Source: Sphingomonadales bacterium (GTDB taxonomy: Bacteria > Pseudomonadota > Alphaproteobacteria > Sphingomonadales > Sphingomonadaceae). From it: a stretch of 64,000 bases of DNA. A program made the position numbers and the translations under genes. The notes under the pieces were generated by a model. The model saw only the letters and a program-made list of their open reading frames with translations. It was not told the origin of the DNA and ran no database searches. The stretch is taken from the NCBI GenBank assembly GCA_034668685.1, contig JAXDPA010000099.1, forward strand, positions 4,510 through 68,509, in the 5' to 3' direction. Positions within the stretch are counted from its first letter, which is position 1. Every line of letters begins with the position of its first letter. Shown piece by piece: positions 21,250 through 31,109 of the stretch.

Positions 21250-22149
21250 ATGACCATCAGCTTTGAAGGACGAGTCGCCATCGTCACGGGCGCCGGCGGC
21301 GGGCTCGGCCGCGCCTATGCGCTGGAGCTCGCCCGGCGCGGCGCTCGGGTGGTGGTCAACGATCTCGGCGGAGCGCGGGACGGCACCGGCCATTCCGACG
21401 CGGCCGCGAAGGTGGTCGCCGAAATCGAGGCGAAGGGCGGCACCGCCATGGCCAACGGCGCCTCGGTCATCGATCTCGCCCAGGTCGAGGCGATGGTCGC
21501 GAAGGCGAAGGAGGCGTGGGGCGGGGTCCACATCCTGATCAACAATGCCGGCATCCTGCGCGACAAGAGCTTCGCCAAGATGGAGCTGGAGGACTTCAGG
21601 GCGGTGGTCGACGTCCACCTGATCGGCTCGGCCAATTGCACCAAGGCGGTGTGGGAGACGATGCGCTCCCAGAATTACGGCCGGATCCTGATGACCTCGA
21701 GCTCGACCGGCCTCTACGGCAATTTCGGACAGGCCAATTACGGCGCGGCCAAGCTCGGACTCGCGGGGCTCACCAAGACCTTGCATCTCGAGGGCGCGAA
21801 GCACGGCATCCGGGTCAACACGATCGCCCCGACCGCCGCCACCCGAATGACCGAGGACATCTTCCCGCCCGATCTTCTGAAGCTGTTCGAGCCGGAGAAC
21901 GTCGTCCCGGCGGCCCTGTACCTCGTCTCCGAGGAGGCGCCCTCGAACATGATCGTCGGCGCCGGCGGCGGCGTGGTCCAGGCCGCGTACGTGACCCTGA
22001 CCCCCGGCTATGCCCTGCCCGACGGCCGGCGAACCGTCGAGGAGGTCGCGGCCCATTGGAACGAGATCGTCAGCCGCGAGGGCGAGATCGTGCCCCAGTC
22101 CGGCGCCGAGCAGGCGATGCTGATCCTGAAACGGCTGCAGGGCTCGTAG
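21250..22149 (+). CDS. Short-chain dehydrogenase (MFE-2/3-hydroxyacyl-CoA dehydrogenase type)
   Basis: TGAGGGLG, VVVNDLG, NNAGILRD, YGNFGQANYGAAK. Confidence 0.92.
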   Translation: MTISFEGRVAIVTGAGGGLGRAYALELARRGARVVVNDLGGARDGTGHSDAAAKVVAEIEAKGGTAMANGASVIDLAQVEAMVAKAKEAWGGVHILINNAGILRDKSFAKMELEDFRAVVDVHLIGSANCTKAVWETMRSQNYGRILMTSSSTGLYGNFGQANYGAAKLGLAGLTKTLHLEGAKHGIRVNTIAPTAATRMTEDIFPPDLLKLFEPENVVPAALYLVSEEAPSNMIVGAGGGVVQAAYVTLTPGYALPDGRRTVEEVAAHWNEIVSREGEIVPQSGAEQAMLILKRLQGS

Positions 22150-22234
22150 CTCCTCCCCGTTCCGGGGAAGGAACCATACCGTATTGCACGACTAATACAC
22201 CTGTGCTACGCCTCCCGCCCAGGGAGGAAAAACC

Positions 22235-23326
22235 ATGTACAGTGACAGCGATCTGGAGGCGGCGGTGGCGGCGGGGGCGTTGAGCCCCGAAGCCGCGGCT
22301 TCGCTTCGCAACTACGTCGCCGGCCGCGCCGCCAGCCCGGCGGTCGACGAGGAGCATTTCCGGCTCATCACCGGCTTCAACGACATCTTCGTCTCCGTCG
22401 CCGCGGCGATCCTGTTCTTCGCCCTCGGCTGGATCGGCTCGACGATCGGCCCCAAGATCGATTTCGACGGGCCCTCGCCGGTCGGCCCGGCGCTCGTCGC
22501 CGTCGCCGCCTGGGGCCTTGCCGAATTCTTCACCCGCAAGCGGCGGATGGCGCTGCCGAGCATCCTGATGCTGCTCGCCTTCGTCGGCGGGGTCGCCGCG
22601 ACCGTCGGCATCTCGCTCGTCCTGATTGTCGGGCTCGAAAAGCTCAATGGCAACGATCAGCTTGCCGGCGGGCTCATCGCCGGATCCGCCGCGGTCGCCG
22701 CTCTTGCGGCCTGGCTGCACTGGCGCCGGTTCAAGGTGCCGATCACCATCGCCGCCGGGGCGGCCGCGGTAGTCGCGTTGATCATGGCGCTGCTCAAGAC
22801 CGTGATGGGCGACATGGCGAACCAGGAGGATGTCCTGCTCGGCTTCATGCTGCTGCTCGGCGTCGGCGTGTTCCTGTTCGCCATGTGGTGGGACGCTTCC
22901 GATCCGGCGCGCGAGACCCGGCGCTCCGACGTCGCCTTCTGGCTGCACCTGCTGGCGGCGCCGATGATCGTCCATCCGGTCTTCAAGCTGTTCGGCCTGT
23001 CCGACGGCGGCGGCTCGGTCGGCGGCGCGGTGATCGTGCTCGCGGTCTACGTCCTGTTCGGGCTCACCGCTTTGGCGGTCGACCGGCGGGCCCTGCTCGT
23101 CTCCGCCCTCGTCTACGTGCTGTGGGCGCTGAGCCGGCTGTTCGAGCAGGCCGGTGCGGCCGAGCTCAACCTCGCCTTGACGGCCCTTGTGATCGGCTCG
23201 GCGCTGCTGCTTCTCTCGGCTTTCTGGCACAGCGCCAGGCGGGCGGTGGTCCGGCCGCTGCCGGCCGGGCTGCAGGCGAAGCTGCCGCTGCTCGACCGGC
23301 CCTCGGCGGCCGCCGCGGCGGCCTAG
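22235..23326 (+). CDS. Conserved polytopic membrane protein
   Basis: RBS GGAGG; DEEHFRLITGFNDIF and RRSDVAFWLHL segments; many TM helices. Confidence 0.75.
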   Translation: MYSDSDLEAAVAAGALSPEAAASLRNYVAGRAASPAVDEEHFRLITGFNDIFVSVAAAILFFALGWIGSTIGPKIDFDGPSPVGPALVAVAAWGLAEFFTRKRRMALPSILMLLAFVGGVAATVGISLVLIVGLEKLNGNDQLAGGLIAGSAAVAALAAWLHWRRFKVPITIAAGAAAVVALIMALLKTVMGDMANQEDVLLGFMLLLGVGVFLFAMWWDASDPARETRRSDVAFWLHLLAAPMIVHPVFKLFGLSDGGGSVGGAVIVLAVYVLFGLTALAVDRRALLVSALVYVLWALSRLFEQAGAAELNLALTALVIGSALLLLSAFWHSARRAVVRPLPAGLQAKLPLLDRPSAAAAAA

Positions 23327-23339
23327 CCTTGGAGCCACG

Positions 23340-23378
23340 AAAAAGGGGCGGCACCCGCCAGGGCGCCGCCCCTTTTTT
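23340..23378. terminator. Bidirectional Rho-independent terminator
   Basis: AAAAAGGGGCGGC-loop-GCCGCCCCTTTTTT between convergent genes. Confidence 0.85.
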
Positions 23379-23390
23379 CCTGTTCGGGCC

Positions 23391-23708
23391 TCACTGTCCG
23401 GAAGCGTAGCTGTTGCCGGGCACCCCCGCGGCGAGGGCTGCGGTGCGCTGCGCGGCGATCGCCCGGCGGGTCTCGACCCGGCAGTGCTGGACGAGGTTGC
23501 GGCCGTGCAGATCGGCGTCCGACGCGGTGCCGCACGCTTCGCGGACCGCATTTCCGATGCGGCGGTCGAGCTCGCGCCGGCCGGCCGCGCTGGAAAGGTC
23601 GAGATCGGCATAATGGACCACCTGCGCTCCGGAAGCGGCGGGCTGGGCGAAAGCGGGCCCTGCGGTCAGCGCGGCGGCGAAGGCGGCGAGGGGAAGCAGG
23701 ATTTTCAT
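23391..23708 (-). CDS. UrcA-family protein
   Basis: Signal peptide, then V.YADLDLSSAAG...L.RRI..AV...CG with a second Cys. Confidence 0.85.
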   Translation of the reverse strand: MKILLPLAAFAAALTAGPAFAQPAASGAQVVHYADLDLSSAAGRRELDRRIGNAVREACGTASDADLHGRNLVQHCRVETRRAIAAQRTAALAAGVPGNSYASGQ

Positions 23709-23799
23709 GGCGGGTCTCCGTGGTTTGAAAGGTCGCCGGCCGGCTTGAATCCCCGATACGCCCGTTCCGCCCCCGACACGTAACAACGATGTTGCGCTC

Positions 23800-23823
23800 C
23801 CATTCTGCAAAAGTGCAGAATGG
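23800..23823. promoter_or_regulatory. Probable LysR operator palindrome
   Basis: CCATTCTGCA-AAAG-TGCAGAATGG with perfect 10-bp arms, 4 bp before the LysR ATG, in the divergent urcA/lysR spacer. Confidence 0.6.
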
Positions 23824-23827
23824 CGCG

Positions 23828-24745
23828 ATGTTCGACTGGAACGACCTGCGCGCCTTCCTCGCCGTGGCCGAGACCGGGAGCACGCTCGCCGCCGGCAAGG
23901 CGCTGCGGGTCAGCCAGACCACCGCCGCCCGGCGCGTCGCCGCCCTCGAACAGGCGCTGGGCCTAGTCCTCTTCGAGCGGCGCCAGGCCGGCTACGCGTT
24001 GACCCCGGCGGGCGAAGCGCTGCTCGAACCAGCCCGCTCGGTCGCCGGCGCGGCGAGCGCCTTCGCCGAAGCCGCGGCCTCGCAGTCGCGCGACCTGGCC
24101 GGCACGGTTCGGCTGACCACCCTGGAAATCTACGCCGCGACCATCCTTCCGCCGATCCTGCGCGACCTCCACGAGGCGCACCCGAAGATCCTGATCGAGC
24201 TCGACACGTCGGAGGAGCAGCGCGACCTCGCCGCCGGCGCCGCCGATATCGCGCTGAGAACCAGCGCCGCCCCGACCGGCGGCGGCCTGGTCGGACGACG
24301 GATCGTCCACGATCCCTGGACGCTCTATTGCAGCCGGGGCTACGCCGCGCTCCACCCGCGCCCGCACACGCGCGAGGACCTGCGGGCCCACCCGTTCATC
24401 GGCGGCGGCGGTCCCGGCCTGTGGCGCCGCTACAGAGCGTGGCTGCAGCGCCTCGAGCTCGAGGAGGCCGTGGCGATGCACCACGATACGGCGGTCGGCC
24501 TGCTCGCCTCGGTCCGCGCGGGCTTCGGGATCACCGTCCTCCCCAGCTTCTTCGCCGAACGCGACCCCGACCTCGTCCGCTGCGTCGAGCCGACCCACGG
24601 CGACGACACCAGCCTCTGGCTCCTAACCCACGAAAGGGTACGGCACACGCCGCGCGTGCGGGCGGTGATGGACTTTCTCGCCGACCGCCTGACCCGCCTC
24701 GCCCGCGAGGAAATGCCGGAGCGGCCCTATCCCTGGGCGTCGTGA
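23828..24745 (+). CDS. LysR-family transcriptional regulator
   Basis: MFDWNDLRAFLAVAETGS...TAARRV HTH; LFERRQAGYALT. Confidence 0.93.
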   Translation: MFDWNDLRAFLAVAETGSTLAAGKALRVSQTTAARRVAALEQALGLVLFERRQAGYALTPAGEALLEPARSVAGAASAFAEAAASQSRDLAGTVRLTTLEIYAATILPPILRDLHEAHPKILIELDTSEEQRDLAAGAADIALRTSAAPTGGGLVGRRIVHDPWTLYCSRGYAALHPRPHTREDLRAHPFIGGGGPGLWRRYRAWLQRLELEEAVAMHHDTAVGLLASVRAGFGITVLPSFFAERDPDLVRCVEPTHGDDTSLWLLTHERVRHTPRVRAVMDFLADRLTRLAREEMPERPYPWAS

Positions 24746-24748
24746 TTC

Positions 24749-24899
24749 TCCCCTCTCCCTGGAGGGGAGAGGGGCTGGGGGTGAGGGGGTTCGGCGCAGG
24801 TAACTAGCGACAACCACGCTGGAAAGCGCGGAGGTCTACGCGTTCTCGATGAGGCCGAACCCCCTCACCCCTACCCCTCTCCCCCATGGGAGAGGGGGT
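24749..24899. repeat. REP-like paired palindrome (CCCTCTCCC...GGGAGAGGG / GGGTGAGGG family)
   Basis: Two inverted copies between convergent genes; the same family recurs at about 45744, 53352 and 55071. Confidence 0.75.
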
Positions 24900-24904
24900 T
24901 TTGA

Positions 24905-25243
24905 CTATTCCCCGACCACCTTGAGCAGGCGCCGTTCGATCGGGGCGAGGACGGGGCCGAGCTCGTGGCCGCGGCGAAGGATCATGCCCCCTTCCGAGAC
25001 AAGCGCCCATTGGCCCTGCTTGTGGCGGAGAGAGGGGCGTTTCTCGATCTTGTATTCGGGATGCTCGGCGGTGCGACGGAAGGCCCAGAAGGCGGCGTGG
25101 TCGCGCCCGAATTCGAGCGCGTAATCCTTCCACTGGCCGGCCGCGACCATCCGACCGTAGAGGTCGATAATCCGCTGAAGCTCGGACCGGGTGAAGCCGA
25201 TCTGAGGGCTGGAGCCTCCGGGAAAAGGGTGGACCGTACCCAT
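24905..25243 (-). CDS. DUF2794-family protein
   Basis: F.R.EL..I.DLYGRMVAAG.W.DYA and RRGHEL motifs. Confidence 0.85.
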   Translation of the reverse strand: MGTVHPFPGGSSPQIGFTRSELQRIIDLYGRMVAAGQWKDYALEFGRDHAAFWAFRRTAEHPEYKIEKRPSLRHKQGQWALVSEGGMILRRGHELGPVLAPIERRLLKVVGE

Positions 25244-25968
25244 CAGGCGCGGCCGCGCTCCTTTCTCGCTTTCCGGGGGGGCGCTTCGTCACTGCCCTCG
25301 GGGCGGGATTCGCGCTCTTCGATCAACTCCGCGAGCCGGGCCCGCAGCTGCTCGAGCTCGCACTGAAGGATCTCCAGCTTCTGGGTCGCCGGGTCGAAAT
25401 TCTCGGAGCAAGGGGTGCCGTAGGGCAGGAATCGGCCCGAGCTCTGCTCGGCGCTGACCAGGGTCGAGCGGGCCGGTATGCCGACCATCGTGGCCCCTTC
25501 CGGCACGTCGCGGGTGACCACCGCATTGGCGCCGATGCGGGCGCGGGCGCCGACCTCGATCGGTCCGAGCACCGCCGCGCCCGAGCCGATGATCACTCCG
25601 TCGCGGATCGTCGGATGGCGCTTGCCGGCGACTCCGTCGGCCGGATTGGTGCCGCCGAGCGTGACGTGCTGGTAGATCGTGACTCCGTCGCCGATCTCGA
25701 CCGTCTCGCCGATCACGACGAATCCGTGGTCTATGAAGAAGTCGCGGCCGATCACCGCGCCGGGATGGATGTCGATGGCCGTGAAGAAACGGGACATGTG
25801 GTTGACCATCCGCGCGAGGAAGAACAGCTCGCCCCGGTAGAGCCAGTGGGCGATGCGGTGCAGCCCCACGGCGAGGACGCCGGGATAAAGCAGCACCTCC
25901 CACCGGGATCGAGGAGCGGGATCGCGCGCCTTGATCGATTCGAGATAGGCCACCAGCCCGCTCAGCAT
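25243..25968 (-). CDS. cysE: Serine O-acetyltransferase
   Basis: [29 protein letters not shown] and VGIPAR motifs. Confidence 0.92.
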   Translation of the reverse strand: MLSGLVAYLESIKARDPAPRSRWEVLLYPGVLAVGLHRIAHWLYRGELFFLARMVNHMSRFFTAIDIHPGAVIGRDFFIDHGFVVIGETVEIGDGVTIYQHVTLGGTNPADGVAGKRHPTIRDGVIIGSGAAVLGPIEVGARARIGANAVVTRDVPEGATMVGIPARSTLVSAEQSSGRFLPYGTPCSENFDPATQKLEILQCELEQLRARLAELIEERESRPEGSDEAPPRKARKERGRA

Positions 25969-26121
25969 GAAATCTTTCCGCGCTCCCGCTCTCGGCGGGC
26001 AAGATAGGGGGCCTTGGGTAAAAATTCCAGCAAGCCGCCGAACATTCGCGCTTCGGCGCTTTTCGCTTGCGCGCCGACGCTTCGCGCCGCCAGATCGGCG
26101 GCGGAGAAGCGGGGGCCTTCG

Positions 26122-26895
26122 ATGTTCGATCTTTCCCACTTTGAGCTGGGCAACTTCCTCATCTTCGTCGCGATCGGTTTTACCGCTCAGCTGGTCGACG
26201 GCGCTCTCGGGATGGCGTTCGGCGTCATATCGACCACCCTGCTGATCGCCATGGGCAGCCCGCCGATGCATCCCGCTGCGGCTTCGGCGGCGGTCCATAC
26301 GGTGGAAACCTTCACGACGGGCGTTTCCGGAATCAGCCATACGGCTCACCGCAATGTCGATTGGCGCCTGTTCACGCGCCTGGTGATACCTGGCGTCATC
26401 GGCGGCGTGCTCGGCGCCTACGTCTTGACGATGATCCCCGCGCAAACGGCGCGTCCGTTCGTCCTCGCCTATCTGACCTCGATCGGGCTGTGGCTGCTAT
26501 GGCGCGGGATCATGCACAAGCATACCGAGCGGCAACCCAAGGTGGTATCGCCATTGGGGCTGATCGGCGGCTTTCTCGACGCGGCAGGCGGAGGAGGCTG
26601 GGGTCCCGTCGTCACTTCGAACCTGCTCGTCCAGGGCGCCAGCCCGCGTAAGACGATCGGCACCGTGAACACCGCCGAATTCTTCGTCACCGTGACGATC
26701 TCGGCGACCTTTATCGCCACTTTGGGCATGGCGGCCTTCACCAGACAGACATTGGGGCTGTTGATCGGCGGCGTCTGCGCGGCGCCGCTGGGAGCGATGA
26801 TGGCGAAGAAGACGCCGGCCGACACCCTGCTGACCATGGTCGGCATGGTGCTGACCGCCACCAGCCTCTACGGCCTGTGGCGGGCGCTGGCCTGA
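26122..26895 (+). CDS. Sulfite exporter TauE/SafE-family membrane protein
   Basis: [36 protein letters not shown]. Confidence 0.88.
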   Translation: MFDLSHFELGNFLIFVAIGFTAQLVDGALGMAFGVISTTLLIAMGSPPMHPAAASAAVHTVETFTTGVSGISHTAHRNVDWRLFTRLVIPGVIGGVLGAYVLTMIPAQTARPFVLAYLTSIGLWLLWRGIMHKHTERQPKVVSPLGLIGGFLDAAGGGGWGPVVTSNLLVQGASPRKTIGTVNTAEFFVTVTISATFIATLGMAAFTRQTLGLLIGGVCAAPLGAMMAKKTPADTLLTMVGMVLTATSLYGLWRALA

Positions 26896-26935
26896 AACCC
26901 GCCACCGCGCGTTGGTGCAGCGAAGGAGACAGACG

Positions 26936-27184
26936 ATGGCGACACGGGACGATATCCGGGAGCATATGGAGGTGATCGGCGCCGATGGAGTCCATGTCGG
27001 CACCGTCGACCATGTCGACGGCGACCGGATCAAGCTCACCAAGGCCGACAGCGGCGAGGGCTCTCACGAGGGCCATCACCATTATATCTCGATCGGGCTG
27101 GTCGCCGAGGTCGAGGGCGACCGGGTGCGGCTCTCGGCCGACGCCGCCGTCGCGGTGACGTTCGAGGAAGAGGAAGGCGGCTGA
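26936..27184 (+). CDS. DUF2171-family protein
   Basis: IREHMEVIGADGVHVGTVDHVDGDRIKLT; RBS AAGGAG. Confidence 0.9.
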   Translation: MATRDDIREHMEVIGADGVHVGTVDHVDGDRIKLTKADSGEGSHEGHHHYISIGLVAEVEGDRVRLSADAAVAVTFEEEEGG

Positions 27185-27190
27185 GGCGGC

Positions 27191-28477
27191 TCAGTCCTCC
27201 GTCGCCGGCCGCGGCGGGGGCGGCGGTCCACGGTCGCGGCCGTAGCTGTCCGGCTGGAAGGTGAGTCCGTCCGGGCCGCCTGGAAGCACGGTCAGATAGG
27301 TGATGTAGACGGGCACCGGCTCGGGGAGGTCGACGCGCTGCTCCGGCGCGGCGCCGCGCGGGGCCGGCGGCCGGCCGCGATAGAGCCAGGCGAGCAGCCG
27401 GGGCGCGTCGGCGAGCCGGACGCAGCCGGAGCTGAGCCGCCGGTCGGCGCGGTCGAACAGGCTGCGGTCCGGGAAATCGTGGAGGTAGATGCCGAGCCGG
27501 TTCGGCATCATGAACTTGACCGCGCCCATAACGTTGTCGCCGCCCGGCCGCTGGCGGAGTCGCAGAGTCTGCTGCCCCGCGGCGACCGCGCGCCAGTTCA
27601 CCGCCGAAGCCGGAATGGGCCGCGCCGAGTCGCTCCAGTCGGAGAGGATTTCCAGCCGCTGCCGGGCGATCAGCCCGGGACCTTCCTTGACAACCGTTTT
27701 CGCGCGCTCGCGGGCGAGATCGGGCGGCACGTTCCACCAGGGGTTGAGGACGACGTAGCGGATGCGCCCCGCCATCACCGGGGTTTGCATCGCCGGCTTG
27801 CCGACGATGACCTTCATCGGCCCCTCCACCCGTTCCCCTTCGATCATCCACAGCCGCGCCGAGGCGGTATCGACGATGACGTAGCGCGGCGCGCTTGCCG
27901 GAATGGCGCGCGCGCGGTCGAGGTTGAGCCGGACCAGCGCCTCCTGCTTCGGGTCGCGGTGCCGGCGCCGCCACTCGCCATAGCCGCGGCGGAGCGCCTC
28001 GTAGAGCGGATTGAGCCGGAGGCTGGGCGCCTCCAACAGCGCCGCGGCCGGCGCTCGGACCGGGCCGAGTCCGGGCTCGGCGTAGAGCGTCGGGTCGGAG
28101 CGCGGCAGGGCGACGTCGCGGGCGTAGGCGACATATTCGGTCGAGAGGAGCAGCTCGGCCCGCGCCAGGGTCTTCGGATCGGCGCCCCAGGCGGACTCCA
28201 CCGCGGCGGCGACGTCCGCGGCGCGGTAGCGAGCGGGATCGAGCCCGTCGTCGCCGGCCGAGGCGAGACGGGCGGCGAGCGCCCGCGCCGCCGGCGTCGG
28301 TCCGGAGGGAGTCATCCAGCCCGGGCGGTTGCCTCGCGTCCTGTAGAAGGCGGCGATTTCGGGCGGAACCGCCATCCGAGCGACCTCAGCCCTTGCCGGT
28401 TTCTGAGGCGGTGGCGCCGAAGCCCGCCCGCAGGCGGCGAGCGCCAGCGTCAACGTCAGGAATAGAAAGCGGGCCAT
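27191..28477 (-). CDS. L,D-transpeptidase (YcbB/YkuD family) lipoprotein
   Basis: Lipobox LAAC; VIVGK, NPWWNVP, RQRPG..N.MG.VKF, IYLHD, SSGCVR. Confidence 0.88.
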   Translation of the reverse strand: MARFLFLTLTLALAACGRASAPPPQKPARAEVARMAVPPEIAAFYRTRGNRPGWMTPSGPTPAARALAARLASAGDDGLDPARYRAADVAAAVESAWGADPKTLARAELLLSTEYVAYARDVALPRSDPTLYAEPGLGPVRAPAAALLEAPSLRLNPLYEALRRGYGEWRRRHRDPKQEALVRLNLDRARAIPASAPRYVIVDTASARLWMIEGERVEGPMKVIVGKPAMQTPVMAGRIRYVVLNPWWNVPPDLARERAKTVVKEGPGLIARQRLEILSDWSDSARPIPASAVNWRAVAAGQQTLRLRQRPGGDNVMGAVKFMMPNRLGIYLHDFPDRSLFDRADRRLSSGCVRLADAPRLLAWLYRGRPPAPRGAAPEQRVDLPEPVPVYITYLTVLPGGPDGLTFQPDSYGRDRGPPPPPRPATED

Positions 28478-28589
28478 TTTTGGGAGAGAGCCGCGAACCG
28501 CGCCGGATTGCAATCCCGCGCGTTCCTCTGTCCCCATACGGGCCATCTCGGCTTCACAGCCGCTTTCCGCCGCCTTAGCCTCCCGCTTC

Positions 28590-29294
28590 ATGCTCCAGGC
28601 GATCGACTATTCGGCGAACGGCCATTCCTATCGCGGCTTCCTCGCCGACGGCTCGGGCGGCAGGCCCGCGCCCGGAATCCTCGTCGCGCATGAGGGCGGC
28701 GGCCTCACCGATCACGCCCGGGGACGCTCGGAGCGGCTGGCCGGGCTCGGCTATGTCGCCTTCGCGCTCGACCTGTTCGGCGAGCAGGCGCCGACGCTCG
28801 ACGACAAGATGGCCCTGGTCCGGAGCCTTCGCGCCGACACCGCGGAGTTGCGCGCGCGAGGCGCAGCGGCGCTGGCGGTGCTGACCGGCCATTCGAACGT
28901 CGACCAGGGCCGGCTGGCGGCTATCGGCTTCTGCTTCGGGGGCACCGCGATCATCGAGCTGGCGCGCGGCGGGGCGCCGCTCAGGGCGCTGGTCGGCTTC
29001 CACGCCGGCCTCACCCCGGCGGCGGCCGAGGACAATCGCGCGATTCGCGGGAAGCTCCTCCTCTGCCTCGGTGCGGACGACCGGGTGGTGCCGGCCGAGC
29101 AGCGGACAAGCTTCCTCGCCGAAATGACCGAAGCCGGCGTGGACTGGCAGTTGCACCTCTACGGGAGAGTGGGCCACAGCTTCACGAACCCGGAGATCGA
29201 CGCCTGGGACTTTCCCGGCTTCCGCTATGACGCCGAGGCCGATGCGCGCAGCTGGCGGGCGATGCGGCACTTGTTCGAGGAGACGCTCGGTTGA
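28590..29294 (+). CDS. Dienelactone hydrolase family protein
   Basis: GFCFGG nucleophile elbow, GADD and HSFTNP motifs. Confidence 0.9.
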   Translation: MLQAIDYSANGHSYRGFLADGSGGRPAPGILVAHEGGGLTDHARGRSERLAGLGYVAFALDLFGEQAPTLDDKMALVRSLRADTAELRARGAAALAVLTGHSNVDQGRLAAIGFCFGGTAIIELARGGAPLRALVGFHAGLTPAAAEDNRAIRGKLLLCLGADDRVVPAEQRTSFLAEMTEAGVDWQLHLYGRVGHSFTNPEIDAWDFPGFRYDAEADARSWRAMRHLFEETLG

Positions 29295-29443
29295 CAGCCG
29301 AAGCCTATATCGTCGCCGCCGCCCGGACCGCCGGGGGCCGGCGGGGCGGCGCGCTCAGGGAATGGCACCCCGCCGACCTCGCCGCCGAGGTGCTGGGTGC
29401 GCTGGCGGCGTGGGCGGTGGACGCCGGATCAAGTCCGGCATGA
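29291..29443 (+). pseudogene. Truncated 5' remnant of a thiolase gene
   Basis: TTG start overlapping the DLH stop; reads (M)[34 protein letters not shown], nearly identical to the N-terminus of the thiolase at 31110; ends in a REP half-site. Confidence 0.8.
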
Positions 29444-29444
29444 C
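29418..29444. repeat. REP-like half element (GCCGGATCAAGTCCGGCATGAC)
   Basis: Inverted counterpart at 30966-30987 with one mismatch. Confidence 0.7.
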
Positions 29445-29473
29445 CGAGACCGGCCGCGGGCGAGCGTGAAGGC

Positions 29474-30928
29474 CTATGGCAGCTCGACCGACTGGGCGTG
29501 GTTGAAAACGTCGAGTGGGTCCCAGGCGGCCTTGACGCTCTGAAGCCGGGGATAATTGCCCTGATAATAGAGATTCTGCCAGTCGCTCAGCTCGACGTCG
29601 GGATAATTGACGTAGCAGCCGTCCATCACCCCGTCCGGCACCGGCCCGGCGGCGCCGTACATTTCCTCGTAGAAGCCGCTCATCCAGGCGAGGTTCTTCG
29701 GGCCGTCCTCCGGGTTGGTCCAATAGGCCTGATATTGGAGCTTCATGATCGAACTGCGCTGCGGGATGGCGGTCGCGTCCGAGGACACGGCATTCACCGC
29801 GCCTCCGTAGGAATCGACCTGGACGAGCGCCTGGCTGTTGCCGAGATCGTCGGTGAGATATTTCCAGATGACGGGGATCTGCCGGTCCGGGAAGCGTCGG
29901 TTCATATAGGCCGACTTGTACTTTCCGCGCCGGTTGGGCCCGGACTGGTCGAGCGACTGGGTGGCGTAGAGCCAGGGCAGGCGCTGGGGGGTCGTGGTCG
30001 CATGCGGGAAGAAGTTGAGGCCGACGGGCGCGCGCTGGGCGACCGGCGCCCTGACGCCCTCGGCGCCCATATAATCGGCGAACTCGCCCAGTCGCCGCGG
30101 TTCGTCGCCGACATATTGCGCCGTCATCGTCACCTGGCCGGCCGCCTTCTGGGTGAGGTGAAGGAGGGCGAACAACCCGTCCCACGGCCCGCCCGGCTCG
30201 CTATTCTCCTCGAAGAAGGCGCCGTAGCGGCCGATGATCTCGCCGAGCTCCTCCTCGGTCATCCCCTTCCAGTCCCAGGCGAGGGTGACGAGGTGCGCCT
30301 CGGTGGGCGCGGGCGGGATCTCGCGGAACCAGAAGCGGGTGATGATCCCGAAATTGCCGCCTCCGCCGCCCTGGCAGGCCCAGAGCAGGTCGGCCGCCTC
30401 GCCGTCTTTCTCGGCGATGGTCACGGCCGCCCGTCCGTCGCCATCGACCGTGACGATCTCGACCCCGGTCAGCCAGTCGACGATGAGCCCGTATTTGCGC
30501 GCGAGCAGGCCGTAGCCGCCGCCGCTGACATGGCCGCCGGCGCCGACCGAATAGCAGGAGCCGCTCGGAAGCGCCCGGCCGTACAATTTGTAGAGCGTCC
30601 AGATCACGTTCCACAGGGTGGCTCCGGCCTCGACGCAATAGGCGCCGCGCGCCGCGTCCCAATAGACCCGCTCCATTGCCGCCATATCGACGATCACCCC
30701 GCCGACATTGCCGACCGCGAAATCCTCGTAGCAATGGCCGCCGCTGCGAACCGTGATCCGCCGCCCGCGATCGACCGCGCGCTGGACGATGTCGCGAAGC
30801 TGATCGGCGCTGCCCGGAAGCGCGATCTCGGCCGGGTCGCCGACCCAGCGCAGATTGAAGCCGCGCCGAAGCGTGTCGTAGCGCGGATCGTCGCGTCCGA
30901 CGCAGCCGCCCGGATAGATCTCGCCCAT
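29474..30928 (-). CDS. Berberine-bridge-like bicovalent FAD oxidoreductase (AknOx/hexose-oxidase type)
   Basis: RSGGHCYE (His-FAD), GSCYSVGAGGH (Cys-FAD), GGGNFG, YVNYPD, YY.GNYPRL..VK..WDP. Confidence 0.9.
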   Translation of the reverse strand: MGEIYPGGCVGRDDPRYDTLRRGFNLRWVGDPAEIALPGSADQLRDIVQRAVDRGRRITVRSGGHCYEDFAVGNVGGVIVDMAAMERVYWDAARGAYCVEAGATLWNVIWTLYKLYGRALPSGSCYSVGAGGHVSGGGYGLLARKYGLIVDWLTGVEIVTVDGDGRAAVTIAEKDGEAADLLWACQGGGGGNFGIITRFWFREIPPAPTEAHLVTLAWDWKGMTEEELGEIIGRYGAFFEENSEPGGPWDGLFALLHLTQKAAGQVTMTAQYVGDEPRRLGEFADYMGAEGVRAPVAQRAPVGLNFFPHATTTPQRLPWLYATQSLDQSGPNRRGKYKSAYMNRRFPDRQIPVIWKYLTDDLGNSQALVQVDSYGGAVNAVSSDATAIPQRSSIMKLQYQAYWTNPEDGPKNLAWMSGFYEEMYGAAGPVPDGVMDGCYVNYPDVELSDWQNLYYQGNYPRLQSVKAAWDPLDVFNHAQSVELP

Positions 30929-30965
30929 TCGCTCTCTCCCCCTCCGCATCCGCATCCGCAATATC

Positions 30966-30992
30966 GTCATCCCGGACTTGATCCGGCACGAC
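30966..30992. repeat. REP-like collapsed/half element (GTCATCCCGGACTTGATCCGGC)
   Basis: Reverse complement of the element at 29423-29444. Confidence 0.7.
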
Positions 30993-31109
30993 GAAAACCG
31001 GTTACGCCCCACGCCGCCGATGCTTTAACACGGCGCCGCGAAGCGCACTCGGAAACATGGACCGGATCGGCGCAAATCCCTACATCACGGCCGAACCGAG
31101 GAGTCTCCC

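Noticed and set aside
26890-26920. EcfG promoter upstream of DUF2171
   Set aside because: GAAAC to CGTT spacing is only about 11 nt, too short for the consensus.
30944-30962. CCGCAT hexamer repeat upstream of the FAD oxidase as a phase-variation tract
   Set aside because: Only about three units; too short to support.
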